50,134 nt of DNA from Oribacterium sp. (GCA_963656725.1 CAVKKI010000001.1:1-50134), one strand, 5' to 3'; positions 1 to 10,273 are shown, numbered from the stretch's first letter. Made by a program: numbers and translations. The notes: generated from the letters alone by a model not told the origin.

Positions 1-36
1 GAGCTAGAGAGAGAATTTGGCTACGTCATGCCTTAA
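1..36 (+). CDS. 3' end of an upstream gene (…ELEREFGYVMP*), product unknown
   Basis: Open frame from base 1 to TAA at 34-36, just upstream of marC; too short to identify. Confidence 0.35.
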   Translation, partial: ELEREFGYVMP

Positions 37-124
37 AAATCTGCCCTACGCAAGCATTCCTTCAGAAGGTTTTGAAATCATTCCAAAATAACAAAGTAAC
101 TATGTCCAAAATAACAGAATAACT

Positions 125-733
125 ATGTCTCTAACTTACTTATTTTCTCGTTTCGATTTACAGCAAGTGGTAAGCGCGTTCATTGTGTTGTTTGCCGTGA
201 TCGATGTGTTGGGGTCAACGCCCATCTTCATCGATTTGAAACGACAGGGCCGACCCGTTAACGCTTGGAAAGCCTCGCTCATCTCACTGGGCTTGCTGCT
301 CGGCTTCTTTTTTGCTGGCGACGCCATGCTGAAACTTTTTAATGTGGATGTGGAATCGTTTGCCGTGGCTGGCTCGTTGGTCATCTTCCTCATGTCGCTC
401 GAAATGATACTCGACATTGTGATTTTCAAGAACGTGGGGCCCATTAAATCGGCTACGCTCATCCCCGTGGTGTTCCCGTTGCTAGCCGGAGCGGGTTCGT
501 TCACCACATTGCTCTCACTGCGTGCGGAGTATGCCTCGGTCAACATCATCATTGCCTTGCTGCTCAACATGCTTTTGGTGTTCATCGTGCTGAAAGCCAC
601 CGAGAAAGTGGAGAACATCATTTCGCCAGCCGCCATCTACTTGCTGCGTAAATTTTTCGGCATCATTTTGCTCGCCATCTCCGTGCGTTTGTTCACAGCC
701 AACCTTAGCGCTTTGCTGAGCAATCTGCAATAA
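125..733 (+). CDS. marC: MarC family inner membrane protein
   Basis: Six hydrophobic segments; LFAVIDxxGSxP and PVVFPLLAGAG motifs typical of MarC. Confidence 0.9.
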   Translation: MSLTYLFSRFDLQQVVSAFIVLFAVIDVLGSTPIFIDLKRQGRPVNAWKASLISLGLLLGFFFAGDAMLKLFNVDVESFAVAGSLVIFLMSLEMILDIVIFKNVGPIKSATLIPVVFPLLAGAGSFTTLLSLRAEYASVNIIIALLLNMLLVFIVLKATEKVENIISPAAIYLLRKFFGIILLAISVRLFTANLSALLSNLQ

Positions 734-763
734 TTTTTATCCCAAACACACTTTATTCCCGTC

Positions 764-820
764 AAAAGGAAAGAGGTAATTTTCAACGCAAAGGGTTGAA
801 AATTACCTCTTTCCTTTTTT
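764..820. terminator. Bidirectional intrinsic terminator
   Basis: Perfect 24-bp inverted repeat (764-787 / 795-818) with A and T runs, between convergent marC and the S41 gene. Confidence 0.9.
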
Positions 821-823
821 AGC

Positions 824-1837
824 TTATTCCTCTTTCAGAGCCCGTTCAAGAATGGTGTCCACTCCTCGCTGATAGTCTTCGGAAGTGATGTCGACTTTAA
901 TGTCGGGGTCGATGCCCATCTCTGTCATCTGCATGTTGCGGTCGTACATTGGGCAAGCCGAGAAACGAATGCTCCACCCGTTGGGCAGTTCGGCGCTGAA
1001 GGGCATGCCTGCTCCGCCGCCTGTTCGGTCGCCCACGATGGTGACATTGGGCAAACCTTTCAAGAACATCACAAAAGAGTTGGCGGCACTGTAGGTGCGG
1101 CGATTGGTGAGGATGTAAACTTTACGCTGCCAGCGCAACCCCACAAAGGGAGTGACTTTAATGGGTTCGGGAGTGGAGAAATCGTCTTGCCCCGTGCCCG
1201 TTTTGTGACACATATAGGCCATCACTGTTTCTTCGTTGATGAAAAGAGAAGCCAACTTCTCGGCCGAGGTGAGCATGCCGCCACTGTTGCTGCGCACATC
1301 CACAATGAGTTTGTTACACATGGAAAGCGCACGAATCATCTCCTGCAAATTGCCATCGCCAAAGGCGTTTTCGAAAGTGGAGCAGCGAATGTAGCCCACG
1401 TTGTTGTCGAAAATGCGATACTTCAAGCCTGAGGCTTGCGCATACTCCTCACTCCGCCCAAGGTAGATGCGCTCTAGCGAGTCGCTTTGGTTCATGGGGT
1501 AGTCGTCGAACCATTTGCCGTAGCGGCTCACGTTGAAGGCGGCGCTGAGGTTGACGTGTCCGTCGCGCAACTCGTAAGTCATGTTGGCCAACACCTCAAA
1601 GAGCTGCTTCTGCGTCATTCGTTCGGAAATGGCGGGTAGGTATTTCTGACGAACTTTCGCCCAATCTAATCCATACTCCGAGTTTTTGTAACTAAAGAAA
1701 CAGTAATGCTGGTCAAGGGTGGTCCAAAGAGCGTTGAAGTTTCCTTGACAATTATTGTCCAACTCCTCCTCCGTCACACAGGCAGCGAAGAAGGGCGTTA
1801 AAGCGATCAGTAAAATTGCATAAATCCACCTTCTCAT
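824..1837 (-). CDS. S41 family peptidase, lipoprotein
   Basis: Lipobox FFAAC; LRDGHV, IVDVRSNSGG, TYSAA and GDRTGGG motifs. Confidence 0.9.
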   Translation of the reverse strand: MRRWIYAILLIALTPFFAACVTEEELDNNCQGNFNALWTTLDQHYCFFSYKNSEYGLDWAKVRQKYLPAISERMTQKQLFEVLANMTYELRDGHVNLSAAFNVSRYGKWFDDYPMNQSDSLERIYLGRSEEYAQASGLKYRIFDNNVGYIRCSTFENAFGDGNLQEMIRALSMCNKLIVDVRSNSGGMLTSAEKLASLFINEETVMAYMCHKTGTGQDDFSTPEPIKVTPFVGLRWQRKVYILTNRRTYSAANSFVMFLKGLPNVTIVGDRTGGGAGMPFSAELPNGWSIRFSACPMYDRNMQMTEMGIDPDIKVDITSEDYQRGVDTILERALKEE

Positions 1838-2652
1838 AGTCGCACCAGTTTACGAGTAAAACCTATCATAAATGAATGCCGCCAAGCGTGGCGCTTCAGT
1901 CTGGCAAGCTTGCTTTGTCGAATGTCGGCCAAGTAGCCTAACGTGATGTTGGCGCGCTTAATGGGCAAGGTGATGTCGGTGGCGAGCCGCAGCGTGGGAC
2001 AATTAACAGGCTGCGTGAAATGCACCACTCCCGAGTGGTGGCCTAGTGAGAATATTTCGTAATAGGATTGCCCGTATTCGGGAGCAAATTGCGCGCCTAT
2101 CATTTGCGCATCCAGTTGCAGGCGAGCTGTGGCTGTTTTTCGGAAAAGGGGAAAATCGTAGCTGGCAATGCCCGATGCCCACAACGAGGCACCGAGTCGC
2201 CCTTGTGCCGGATTGTTAGAATTGCGTGTGTTGTAGGTGAAACCACTCGTCAGTTCCATCAGTCCACCCACGGCAAAGCGCCAACGAGTGGCGGGGTGCC
2301 AATTATAGTGCCAACCGCCCGAGGCATTTATTTCGGCATCCATTTCCTTTCCATCGTCGGTGGGCGATTTCGCATAGGCATAGTGGCCCGTGTAAAGGCT
2401 CATCACCGTGACGCGACCTTTGCCCCAATGCGCTAGTCGCTCCGTGCGATAATTCATCGAAAAATCTGTGCCCGTATATTCCAATGGCGACAAATAGGTG
2501 TCGAGCACATTGGTTTTACCAATGCCCCAAGTGAGCGTGGTGCGCTTGGAACGAACCGCACTGTCGGCCTTGCAGCAAGTTTGCGCTTGAAGTGTTGAAA
2601 CTCCAAGCAGGATGCTTAAAATGAAGGGGAGAATGAATGAGTAATTACGCAT
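1834..2652 (-). CDS. DUF3316-like outer membrane protein
   Basis: Signal peptide, DTYLSPLEYTG motif, beta-strand pattern; 4-bp overlap with the S41 gene. Confidence 0.75.
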   Translation of the reverse strand: MRNYSFILPFILSILLGVSTLQAQTCCKADSAVRSKRTTLTWGIGKTNVLDTYLSPLEYTGTDFSMNYRTERLAHWGKGRVTVMSLYTGHYAYAKSPTDDGKEMDAEINASGGWHYNWHPATRWRFAVGGLMELTSGFTYNTRNSNNPAQGRLGASLWASGIASYDFPLFRKTATARLQLDAQMIGAQFAPEYGQSYYEIFSLGHHSGVVHFTQPVNCPTLRLATDITLPIKRANITLGYLADIRQSKLARLKRHAWRHSFMIGFTRKLVRL

Positions 2653-2805
2653 GGAATGGGGATGCGTGAAGGACTAATAATTTGTTTTTATTTGCTGATG
2701 AGGATGATGAAGTGGCTTTCAGTTTGTCTTTATTCACATCTAATGCGAACTTTTCGGCTACTGTTTTTCCGTCTTTTTCTTTCGTCCTCATTGAGAGGTC
2801 TTCGC

Positions 2806-3447
2806 CTATTTCTTCTTCAGCCCTTTGTAAGCGAGAAAAACCACTACAATCACCGCACAAACCAGCAAAACGTAGCCAATTTCGTGACTGTATTTCGTGG
2901 CAAGCAGATAAACGTCGTTAGTGGTCTTCATGTCGGTGAAGCGATAGATACCCCAACCAATCAAAGCCAACACGGTGTTCCAAACACCGGCTCCGAGAGT
3001 GGTGTAAATAAGAAATTTGTCGAGACGCATGCCTGCTAGGCCGGCGGGAATGCTGATGAGTTGGCGCACGGCGGGAACAAGTCGACCGAAGAAGGTGGAC
3101 GCGGCTCCGTGTTTGCGGAAAAACTCCTCCGACTTCTCCACACTTTCACGGGTGATGAGACACATGTGACCAATGCGGCTGTCGGCAAATTTATAAATGA
3201 TGGGGCGGCCCAACCACTTGGCTAGGTAATAGTTTACTAAGCCACCTAGGTCGGCGCCAATCGTGGCAAACACCACTACTAACACGATGTTCATGCCGCT
3301 GGCGGCGTCCATAGCTTTCCATGCCGCTGGCGGCACTACCACCTCGGAGGGGAAGGGAATGAATGAGCTCTCAATGGCCATAAAGAGGGTAACTACCCAG
3401 TAGTCTAGGTTTTCGAGCACCCATTTAAAAAGTTCTGCTGAATCCAT
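2806..3447 (-). CDS. dedA: DedA family membrane protein
   Basis: ESSFIPFPSE and FFGRLVPAVRQLISIPAG motifs. Confidence 0.92.
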   Translation of the reverse strand: MDSAELFKWVLENLDYWVVTLFMAIESSFIPFPSEVVVPPAAWKAMDAASGMNIVLVVVFATIGADLGGLVNYYLAKWLGRPIIYKFADSRIGHMCLITRESVEKSEEFFRKHGAASTFFGRLVPAVRQLISIPAGLAGMRLDKFLIYTTLGAGVWNTVLALIGWGIYRFTDMKTTNDVYLLATKYSHEIGYVLLVCAVIVVVFLAYKGLKKK

Positions 3448-3459
3448 TTCTGTGTGTTG

Positions 3460-3945
3460 CTATTGTTTTTGAAGTTTGACGCCGATGTCGGTAATGCCTG
3501 GCAGCAATTCTCGGCTCATGATGTGTGTGATGCGAATGTCGGCGCTAGCTCCTGCAGGAAGTTGCAGTGCGGCTAGTGGGAAGTCAAATTGATAGATTGA
3601 CACACCGTGGCCTTCCACATCGCCTTTGGCGTTGGTGAATTGCAGTTGCAGCGTGTCGGTGGTGGTTCGGTCGGGGTTGTGCCAGCTTTGGCGCATCACG
3701 AGCCAGAGCGACTGGTAGGGATAGAGCGTGGTGGCAGAGGTGCGCACGCCAATGCTCATTTCATAGGTGCCCGAACTGCTGAGTGTGTCGACGTGATATT
3801 TTAGCGTGTCCACCGATTCCCATCCCTCCACTGGTGTGGAGCAGTAGCTATAAAGCACGGGCTTCTCTTTGCAAGCGGCAAGCAGCCCTGCAATAAGCAA
3901 TGAAAGGAGGGGCGGAAGGCAGCGAGCTATGATTTTGTGGCACAT
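3460..3945 (-). CDS. gldH: GldH family lipoprotein
   Basis: Lipobox LLAAC, GW..DTL and YPYQSLWL motifs; position in the holB-ricT-gldH cluster typical of Bacteroidota. Confidence 0.8.
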   Translation of the reverse strand: MCHKIIARCLPPLLSLLIAGLLAACKEKPVLYSYCSTPVEGWESVDTLKYHVDTLSSSGTYEMSIGVRTSATTLYPYQSLWLVMRQSWHNPDRTTTDTLQLQFTNAKGDVEGHGVSIYQFDFPLAALQLPAGASADIRITHIMSRELLPGITDIGVKLQKQ

Positions 3946-3947
3946 AG

Positions 3948-3985
3948 TTTATGATGTGTTGCGCTTTTTATGATGTGTTGCGCTT
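3948..3985. repeat. 19-bp tandem duplication TTTATGATGTGTTGCGCTT x2
   Basis: Exact copies at 3948-3966 and 3967-3985, filling the ricT-gldH spacer. Confidence 0.9.
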
Positions 3986-3988
3986 GAC

Positions 3989-5563
3989 TTATTCGTTAGT
4001 CGCTGAGGCTGCGGGTCGGTCGTTGGGACGCTGACGCCCGTTGCGGTTGTCGTTGCGTCGACGGTTGCCACCGCCGCCACGGTTGTCACGACGCTCTCTG
4101 CGTTCACGCCCTTCGCCATTGTTTGGGCCGCCTTCGCTGCGGTTTTCAGCACGATTGTCGTTGTCGCGGCGCCGATTGTTGCGGCGATTGTCGCGGCGTG
4201 GGTCGCGGTTGCGCCCATTGTTGCCAGCGGACCTATCTTCAGCGTGTTGAGAGGGGGTGGCAGCGTCGTTCTCAGTTGCTTTTCGTTCTTCGCGACGGAC
4301 TTCATTTCTGTTGTTGTCGCGCCCATTACCACCGCCCTTGCGGTTGCGGTTTTTCGAACGGCGTGCTTTGTCGAAGCGTGTCAAATCATCTTGTTCGGCA
4401 AGGTCGACGGTGCGAGCCGGTTCGGCTGCTTCGCCCTCATCAAGCCGGTCGGGCTTTTCGCCTTGAGCGTTCATGGCAATGACCTCCTTGATGCGTTCGG
4501 TGGTGAGGGTTACGAGGTTGGCGGCCAAGCGTCGGTCGGTGCTGTAGGTGACGGTGCCGGCTAGGGTGTCGGCTTTAAAATAATAGTAGGTGCCGTCGAT
4601 GGTTTCGAGTGTGACGGAGCGGTCGGGCAGTTGGCGAGCCGCTTCCATGTAGGTGTCCACCTCGTAGTTGAGGCAGCATTTTAGTTTGGCGCACTGACCG
4701 GCCAGTTTTTGCGGGTTGGGCGTAATGTCTTGAAAACGAGCGGCTGCGGTGCTTACCGAACTGAAATTTTTCATCCAAGTGGCGCAACAGAGTTCACGGC
4801 CACAGGGCCCGAATCCACCAATGCGCCCAGCCTCTTGTCGGGCACCGATTTGCTTCATTTCAATGCGCACCTTGAAAGCATCGGCAAGCACTTTAATGAG
4901 TTTTCGAAAGTCGACGCGTGAGTCGGCAATATAGTAGAAAATGGCCTTGTTGCCGTCGCCTTGATACTCCACGTCGCCAATTTTCATCTGTAGCTGCAAG
5001 TCTTTCGCAATTTGGCGTGAGCGAATCATAGTGTCGTGTTCGCGTGCCTTAGCCTCCTCGTATTTCTCCAAATCGGTGATGCGAGCCTTGCGATAGATGC
5101 GCTTAATTTCAAATCCGGGCTTAAGGTTGGCTTTTTGCATTTGCAGCAACACGAGTTTGCCGGTGAGCGACACCACGCCGATGTCGTGCCCTGGTTGCGC
5201 TTCCACGGCCACGAGGTCGCCCTTTTGCAGTTCTAGGTGGTTGTCGTTGCGATAGAAGCCTTTGCGGGTGTTTTTAAATTGCACCTCCACGAAGTCGGTT
5301 GTTTGCTGATTGCCTGGCACGTCGGCTAGGTAGTCGTAAGAGTTGAGCTGATGGTCGCTTCGTCCGCATCCTTCGGCGGGTAGTCCGCGCAGGTCGGCGT
5401 TGCCCCATTGAGTAAAGCCGCAATTGCAGTTGCCTGTGGCGCATCCGCCGTGACAACCGCCGCTTTGGCAACCGCCTTTCACGCTTTCGCACCCTTCGCC
5501 AGCACACTGCAAGCAAGCGGTGGCTTCATCGTTTGAAGGTATGTTGTGATTATCTTGATTCAT
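3989..5563 (-). CDS. ricT: PSP1-domain protein RicT/YaaT
   Basis: GPCGRELCC and KLAGQCAKLKCCLNYE Fe-S motifs, RVDFRKLIK; lies downstream of holB. Confidence 0.9.
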   Translation of the reverse strand: MNQDNHNIPSNDEATACLQCAGEGCESVKGGCQSGGCHGGCATGNCNCGFTQWGNADLRGLPAEGCGRSDHQLNSYDYLADVPGNQQTTDFVEVQFKNTRKGFYRNDNHLELQKGDLVAVEAQPGHDIGVVSLTGKLVLLQMQKANLKPGFEIKRIYRKARITDLEKYEEAKAREHDTMIRSRQIAKDLQLQMKIGDVEYQGDGNKAIFYYIADSRVDFRKLIKVLADAFKVRIEMKQIGARQEAGRIGGFGPCGRELCCATWMKNFSSVSTAAARFQDITPNPQKLAGQCAKLKCCLNYEVDTYMEAARQLPDRSVTLETIDGTYYYFKADTLAGTVTYSTDRRLAANLVTLTTERIKEVIAMNAQGEKPDRLDEGEAAEPARTVDLAEQDDLTRFDKARRSKNRNRKGGGNGRDNNRNEVRREERKATENDAATPSQHAEDRSAGNNGRNRDPRRDNRRNNRRRDNDNRAENRSEGGPNNGEGRERRERRDNRGGGGNRRRNDNRNGRQRPNDRPAASATNE

Positions 5564-5722
5564 TCTGTTGAAATTAGGGTGGGTGTATATGTTGACGCAG
5601 ATGGTGAGCCGTTGGGTGACGGCGTTCTGCGGAAGGGGCTAATTGTGTGGAGAAGAGGTGTTTCGCTTCTCGTTTTAAAAGACTTTAGAAAGCCTGGAAA
5701 CGCTTTCTTTCGCCTTATGTTT

Positions 5723-6853
5723 TTATTTAATGAGCAGCACAATCATTTTCAGCGAGAAGTCGAAAAACACCATGTTGGCGTTAACGTTTTGCTCAATGTC
5801 GCGCTGAGCGATGCTGAGCTCATCCATAATGCCGATGACGTTGCGCTCGTTGATGAATCGGGCAAAGTTTGTGGCAAAGTTCGACTCTTGTTGATTCATA
5901 TAATTGAGTTCCGCTTGGTGAAAGTTGAAGATGAAATTCTCTCTCACCAATCGTTGAGCGTATTCCAAAAAAGCCTTTTGCTTTTCACGTCCCCACGTGG
6001 CCATTTGTTGCGACCAAGTGTGTAAATCTTTCACATTGCGCATATAGCACAAGCGCATAAAGAGCACGAAAAGGTCGAAAAATTGCGCCGAGTCGGCATT
6101 CATCATGATTTGGTCTATGGCCTTGATGAAACTTCCGGCTGAGGCTCTCGCCACACTGTTGGCGTCGGCGGGTTGCAAGCCGTTGAGCGTTTGCAGCGCT
6201 TGGCTTATTTCTTCAATTTGCAGGGGCGGAAAGTCAATGCGTTGCGTTCGGCTCAAAATGGTGCTGAGCAAGCGTTCGGGCTGATTGGCGGTGAGGATGA
6301 ACACCGTTTGCTGTGGGGGTTCCTCTAATATCTTTAGCAATTTGTTGGCGCACTCCACGTTCATTTGCTCAGCCAGCCACATCACCACCACTCGGTAGCC
6401 GCCTTGGCTGCTCACGTTGGCTAGTTTGCCAATGATGTTGTTGGCTTCGGCCACATTAATGAGCGATTGTTGGTTTTCCACGTCCATGCGTTTCAACCAC
6501 GTTTGTCGGCTGAAGTAGGGCGTTTCGGCCATTTGCTCTCGCCATTGTGGCAGATATTGGTCGCTCACGGCCATGCCTTTCTGGCCTTGCGCTTTGATGG
6601 TGGGGAAGATGAAGTGAAGGTCGGGGTGGCTTAGTTTAGCCGCCATGCGACACGATTTACACTCGCCGCAAGCTTCTCCCTCGGCTGTGGGATGCTCGCA
6701 AAGCAATCGTTGAGCTAGGGCCAATGCCATAGGCAATTTTCCACATCCCTCAGGGCCGGCAAAAAGCAAGGCATGGGGCATGCGTCCTTCGGCAAGCATT
6801 TGTTTGAGTTGCTGCTTCACCGTGTTTTGTCCTATCACATCGTTAAATTGCAT
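5723..6853 (-). CDS. holB: DNA polymerase III subunit delta'
   Basis: HALLFAGPEGCGK, zinc module CGECKSC, HPDLH, ANKLLKILEEPP, TILSR. Confidence 0.93.
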   Translation of the reverse strand: MQFNDVIGQNTVKQQLKQMLAEGRMPHALLFAGPEGCGKLPMALALAQRLLCEHPTAEGEACGECKSCRMAAKLSHPDLHFIFPTIKAQGQKGMAVSDQYLPQWREQMAETPYFSRQTWLKRMDVENQQSLINVAEANNIIGKLANVSSQGGYRVVVMWLAEQMNVECANKLLKILEEPPQQTVFILTANQPERLLSTILSRTQRIDFPPLQIEEISQALQTLNGLQPADANSVARASAGSFIKAIDQIMMNADSAQFFDLFVLFMRLCYMRNVKDLHTWSQQMATWGREKQKAFLEYAQRLVRENFIFNFHQAELNYMNQQESNFATNFARFINERNVIGIMDELSIAQRDIEQNVNANMVFFDFSLKMIVLLIK

Positions 6854-6897
6854 AAGTTTGTTGTAGCTTTATTAGGCGAGCCTATCGCTCCAAATGA

Positions 6898-6905
6898 CAA
6901 AGTTA
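6898..6905 (-). promoter_or_regulatory. Bacteroidota sigma-A -7 element (TAACTTTG) for the holB operon
   Basis: Matches TAnnTTTG about 45 nt upstream of the holB start. Confidence 0.6.
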
Positions 6906-7022
6906 ATATTTGATGGGGAATGGACAAAGCATTTTCGGCTGAAAACCATTTGCGAGCGTTAATTTCGTTTTTCGATGAGGAAAAACGCTGCTGTGTGAGT
7001 GTAAAAATGCTTTTTTGCTTAC

Positions 7023-7074
7023 AAAAAGCCGCACCCATTTATTCTGTTGTGAAAACAGAAAAAGGGGTGCGGTT
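7023..7074 (-). terminator. Intrinsic terminator after the DUF349 gene
   Basis: CCGCACCC/GGGTGCGG stem followed by a T-run on the minus strand. Confidence 0.7.
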
Positions 7075-7198
7075 ATTAGGTTTTATTCTAACCTTTCTCG
7101 AAGTAGGGATGGGCGATTTTAAGCAATCTCGTTCTTTTCATGCAAAACTTTAAGGCGTGACTACTCTTTTCGTCCCTCTTCGGAAGGGAATGGGTGGC

Positions 7199-9088
7199 TT
7201 ATTTGCTTTCTTTCTCGGCTTTAATTTGCTCGTTGACGGCTTTGATTTTTTGGCTAATCTCTTGCAGGTCGTCCTTTAAGCGGGCCATTTTCTTTTCGAT
7301 ATCGGCCACGAGCGAATTGCCTTTCTTCGAACTGGTGCGGAAGAAGGTGAGGTTGGTTTCAATCGTTTGAATTTCCTGTTTCTTCGCATCGAAGATGTTT
7401 TGCAAGCGGCTGCGCTCACGAGTAAGTTCTGAGCCACCCTTGTCGGCCACGGTTTTGCGGAAATTGTCCATGCGACGGCGACCTGCTGTTTCGTGCAGTG
7501 TGTTGTAGATTTTGTCGCACAGTTCGCGGTAGCGGCGATACATTTTTTCCTTCTTGCTGTAGGGCACATGGCCAATCTCGTTCCAACGAGCCTGAAGGTC
7601 GCGCACGCTTTGCAGCAAGTTGTCGCCAGCGTTTTCCACGAGTTTCTCGAGTTCGGCAATCACTTGTTTCTTCAAATCCAAGTTAGCCTCTTCTTCTTTG
7701 CGTTGGCCTGCGTTGGCTTCAGCCTTTTGGTTAAAGAAGTGGTTGCAAGCATCGTTGAAGCGCTTCCAAATGGCATCGGATACTTTGTGAGCCACGGGGC
7801 CAATTTCCTTCCACTGCTTTTGCAGTTCTACGAGCTTCTTGGTGGTAGCCGCCCAGTCGGTGCTGTCTTTCAACGCTTCGGCTTTTTCAATCAGCGCGTT
7901 TTTAGCGGTGAGGTTGGCGTTGAGTTTCTCGCGGTTAGCCTTGAAATAAGCGGTTTTAGCTTGGAAAAAGCGGTCGCAAGCGGCGCGGAAACGCTCAAAC
8001 ACCTCAGCGTTCACCTTGCGAGGAGTGAAGCCAATGGTCTTCCATTCAGCTTGAATGGCAAGCACTTGCTGCGTCATTTCTTCCCACTCGTTGTAGGTTT
8101 TCAGCGCATCCATGTTCAGTGCTTCCACCTTCTGGCAAAGGGAGGTCTTCTTCTCTAAGTTTTCTTCCTCTTGTGCCTTGATGTTGGCAAAGTGGTCTTG
8201 GTGGCGCTTATTGATTACGGTTGAAGCGTCTTTAAAGCGCTTCCAAATTTCGTCGCGTAGCTCTTTGGCCACGGGTCCCGTTTCGCGATATTCTTGATGC
8301 AGGTTTTGCAGTTGATGGAAGGCAGAGATGGGGTCTTCCACTTCGCTCAACTTTTCAGCGGCTTCGCAAAGGCGTGTTTTGATTTCTAGGTTTTTCTTGA
8401 AATCGTAGGCACGCATTTCGTGGTTCAGGCGCAACTGGTCGTAGAATTGCTCGGTGTAGAGCTGATAGTTCTTCCACAGTTCAGTGGCGTTCTCAGCGGG
8501 CACTTGCTTAATCTCTTTCCATTCAGCCTGCAGCTCTTTCACCTCGTTGTAGCCCTTGTCGGCATCGTCGGGCGATGCGGCAAGCGCTTTGATGCGCTCA
8601 ATAATTTCTTGTTTGCGCTTGAGGTTGGCTTGTTTTTCCTTCTCTAGTTCCTCGTTCGCCTTGTTACGCAGTTCGCGCACGAGGTTGAATTGTGCTTTAA
8701 ACTCTTCTTCTTCGGTGTCGGGGGCGGGCATAAATTCTTCTGCGTTGCCGCCGTCGGCCACAAATTTTTCGCGTGCGGCAGCCACGCTTGCGTTGTGAAG
8801 GCGATAGTAGAGCATTTTCAGGTGCTCTAGCTCGGCGCGGTCCACATCGCCGCCGTTATTTGCAATTTCCTTCAGACGCTCAATCACTTCGGTCTTGGTG
8901 GTGGGTTGAGCGGCCTTTTCGGTTGTGTTGTCTTCAGTTGGGTTGTTTTCTTGGGGAGCCTCCACCGTCTCTGCGGTTGCATTCTCCGTTGCTTGGGTTG
9001 TGTCGTTAGCAGCAGTTTCGTTGGGAGTGGCCTCAGTGGGCTTTACGTTTTGTGCTTCTGCTTCGGCAGCTTGTTTCATTTCGTCCAT
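7199..9088 (-). CDS. DUF349 domain coiled-coil protein
   Basis: Repeated LQ.EWK.IG / W.RF..AC..FF helical units; acidic N-terminal tail. Confidence 0.88.
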   Translation of the reverse strand: MDEMKQAAEAEAQNVKPTEATPNETAANDTTQATENATAETVEAPQENNPTEDNTTEKAAQPTTKTEVIERLKEIANNGGDVDRAELEHLKMLYYRLHNASVAAAREKFVADGGNAEEFMPAPDTEEEEFKAQFNLVRELRNKANEELEKEKQANLKRKQEIIERIKALAASPDDADKGYNEVKELQAEWKEIKQVPAENATELWKNYQLYTEQFYDQLRLNHEMRAYDFKKNLEIKTRLCEAAEKLSEVEDPISAFHQLQNLHQEYRETGPVAKELRDEIWKRFKDASTVINKRHQDHFANIKAQEEENLEKKTSLCQKVEALNMDALKTYNEWEEMTQQVLAIQAEWKTIGFTPRKVNAEVFERFRAACDRFFQAKTAYFKANREKLNANLTAKNALIEKAEALKDSTDWAATTKKLVELQKQWKEIGPVAHKVSDAIWKRFNDACNHFFNQKAEANAGQRKEEEANLDLKKQVIAELEKLVENAGDNLLQSVRDLQARWNEIGHVPYSKKEKMYRRYRELCDKIYNTLHETAGRRRMDNFRKTVADKGGSELTRERSRLQNIFDAKKQEIQTIETNLTFFRTSSKKGNSLVADIEKKMARLKDDLQEISQKIKAVNEQIKAEKESK

Positions 9089-9346
9089 AATAAGTTAGGA
9101 TGGGGTCGTTCGTGCAACGGGCGCCTTCTCTAAGCGAGGTTCGTGGGCGCATAGTTGCTTTTTAGGGGTTAATTGTAGGGTTTTTAGCATGGCTATTAGG
9201 CTTTAGAGCCTAGCCAATGCCTTGCAAATTTGCATATTTAATGCCTAAGTGCCAAATGTTTGATAAAAAACTTTGATTATTGACACTTTTCGAAGAGTTT
9301 TTGCGAGTTTTTTGAGCCTCTTTCGTCGTTTGGGCCGCGTGGTGAA

Positions 9347-10273
9347 TTAAATCCAAGCCTTCCAACGGAATAGCCAGTAGAACACGGCGGTGACGAAGAT
9401 AGAGGCCACAATAATCACGGGGAACCCCCACCACACGGTTTCCATGCCATTGATGAGGTTCATGCCGAAGATGCTGGCAATGAGGGTGGGGAACATTAGG
9501 ATGATGGACACTGACGTCATTTGCTTCATCACTCCCGCCATGTTGTTGTTGATGATGCTGGCGTAGGTCTCCATGGTGGAGTCGAGAATGTTGGTGTAGA
9601 TGTTCGTTGTTTCTCGCGCCTGGTTCATCTCAATCGTCACATCCTCAATGAGGTCGGCGTCGAGTTCGTCGACGGGAAGTTTAAACTTCAATTTCGAAAG
9701 CAGCGTTTCGTTGCCACGAATAGAGGTGATGAAATAGGTGAGGCTATCTTGCAAACGCGACAGGCCCACGAGGTCTTCGTTGTCGATTTGGCGGTCGAGG
9801 TTTCGCTTAGCCTCTTCGAGCAACACGTTAATCTGCTTCAAGCGTTTCAAATACCACACGGCCGACGAGAGGAAAAGGCGGAACACGAGGTCGACAGAGT
9901 CGGTAAATCCCTGATTGCGTTTTTGCTGATACGACACAAAGTCAATCATCATGTTCGTTTCGTAATTGCACACGGTCACACACACGCCTTTATTGAGAAT
10001 AATGCCCATCGGGATGGTGGTGTGTGGGGTGCGCGATGCCACCTCTTTTACGTAGGGTATGCGGAGGATGATGAGCGACCACCCTTCGTCGTATTCATAA
10101 CGCGAGCGCTCGTCTTTATCTCGGATGTCGTCAAGAAAGTAATCGGGAATTTTGAGTTTATTCACCAAAAAGTCCTCATCTTCTGGGGTGGGACACGTCA
10201 CCTGCACCCAGCAATTGGGTGCCCATTCGTCAATGGTTTGTAGCGTATGATCGAAGTTCCAGTAAGTACGCAT
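9347..10273 (-). CDS. corA: CorA family Mg2+ transporter
   Basis: C-terminal PTLIASIFGMN (GMN signature) and two TM helices. Confidence 0.93.
   Translation of the reverse strand: MRTYWNFDHTLQTIDEWAPNCWVQVTCPTPEDEDFLVNKLKIPDYFLDDIRDKDERSRYEYDEGWSLIILRIPYVKEVASRTPHTTIPMGIILNKGVCVTVCNYETNMMIDFVSYQQKRNQGFTDSVDLVFRLFLSSAVWYLKRLKQINVLLEEAKRNLDRQIDNEDLVGLSRLQDSLTYFITSIRGNETLLSKLKFKLPVDELDADLIEDVTIEMNQARETTNIYTNILDSTMETYASIINNNMAGVMKQMTSVSIILMFPTLIASIFGMNLINGMETVWWGFPVIIVASIFVTAVFYWLFRWKAWI

Noticed and set aside
3460..3945. gldH as evidence for gliding motility
   Set aside because: GldH homologues sit in the holB-ricT cluster in non-gliding Bacteroidales too, and no other gld or spr genes are present here.
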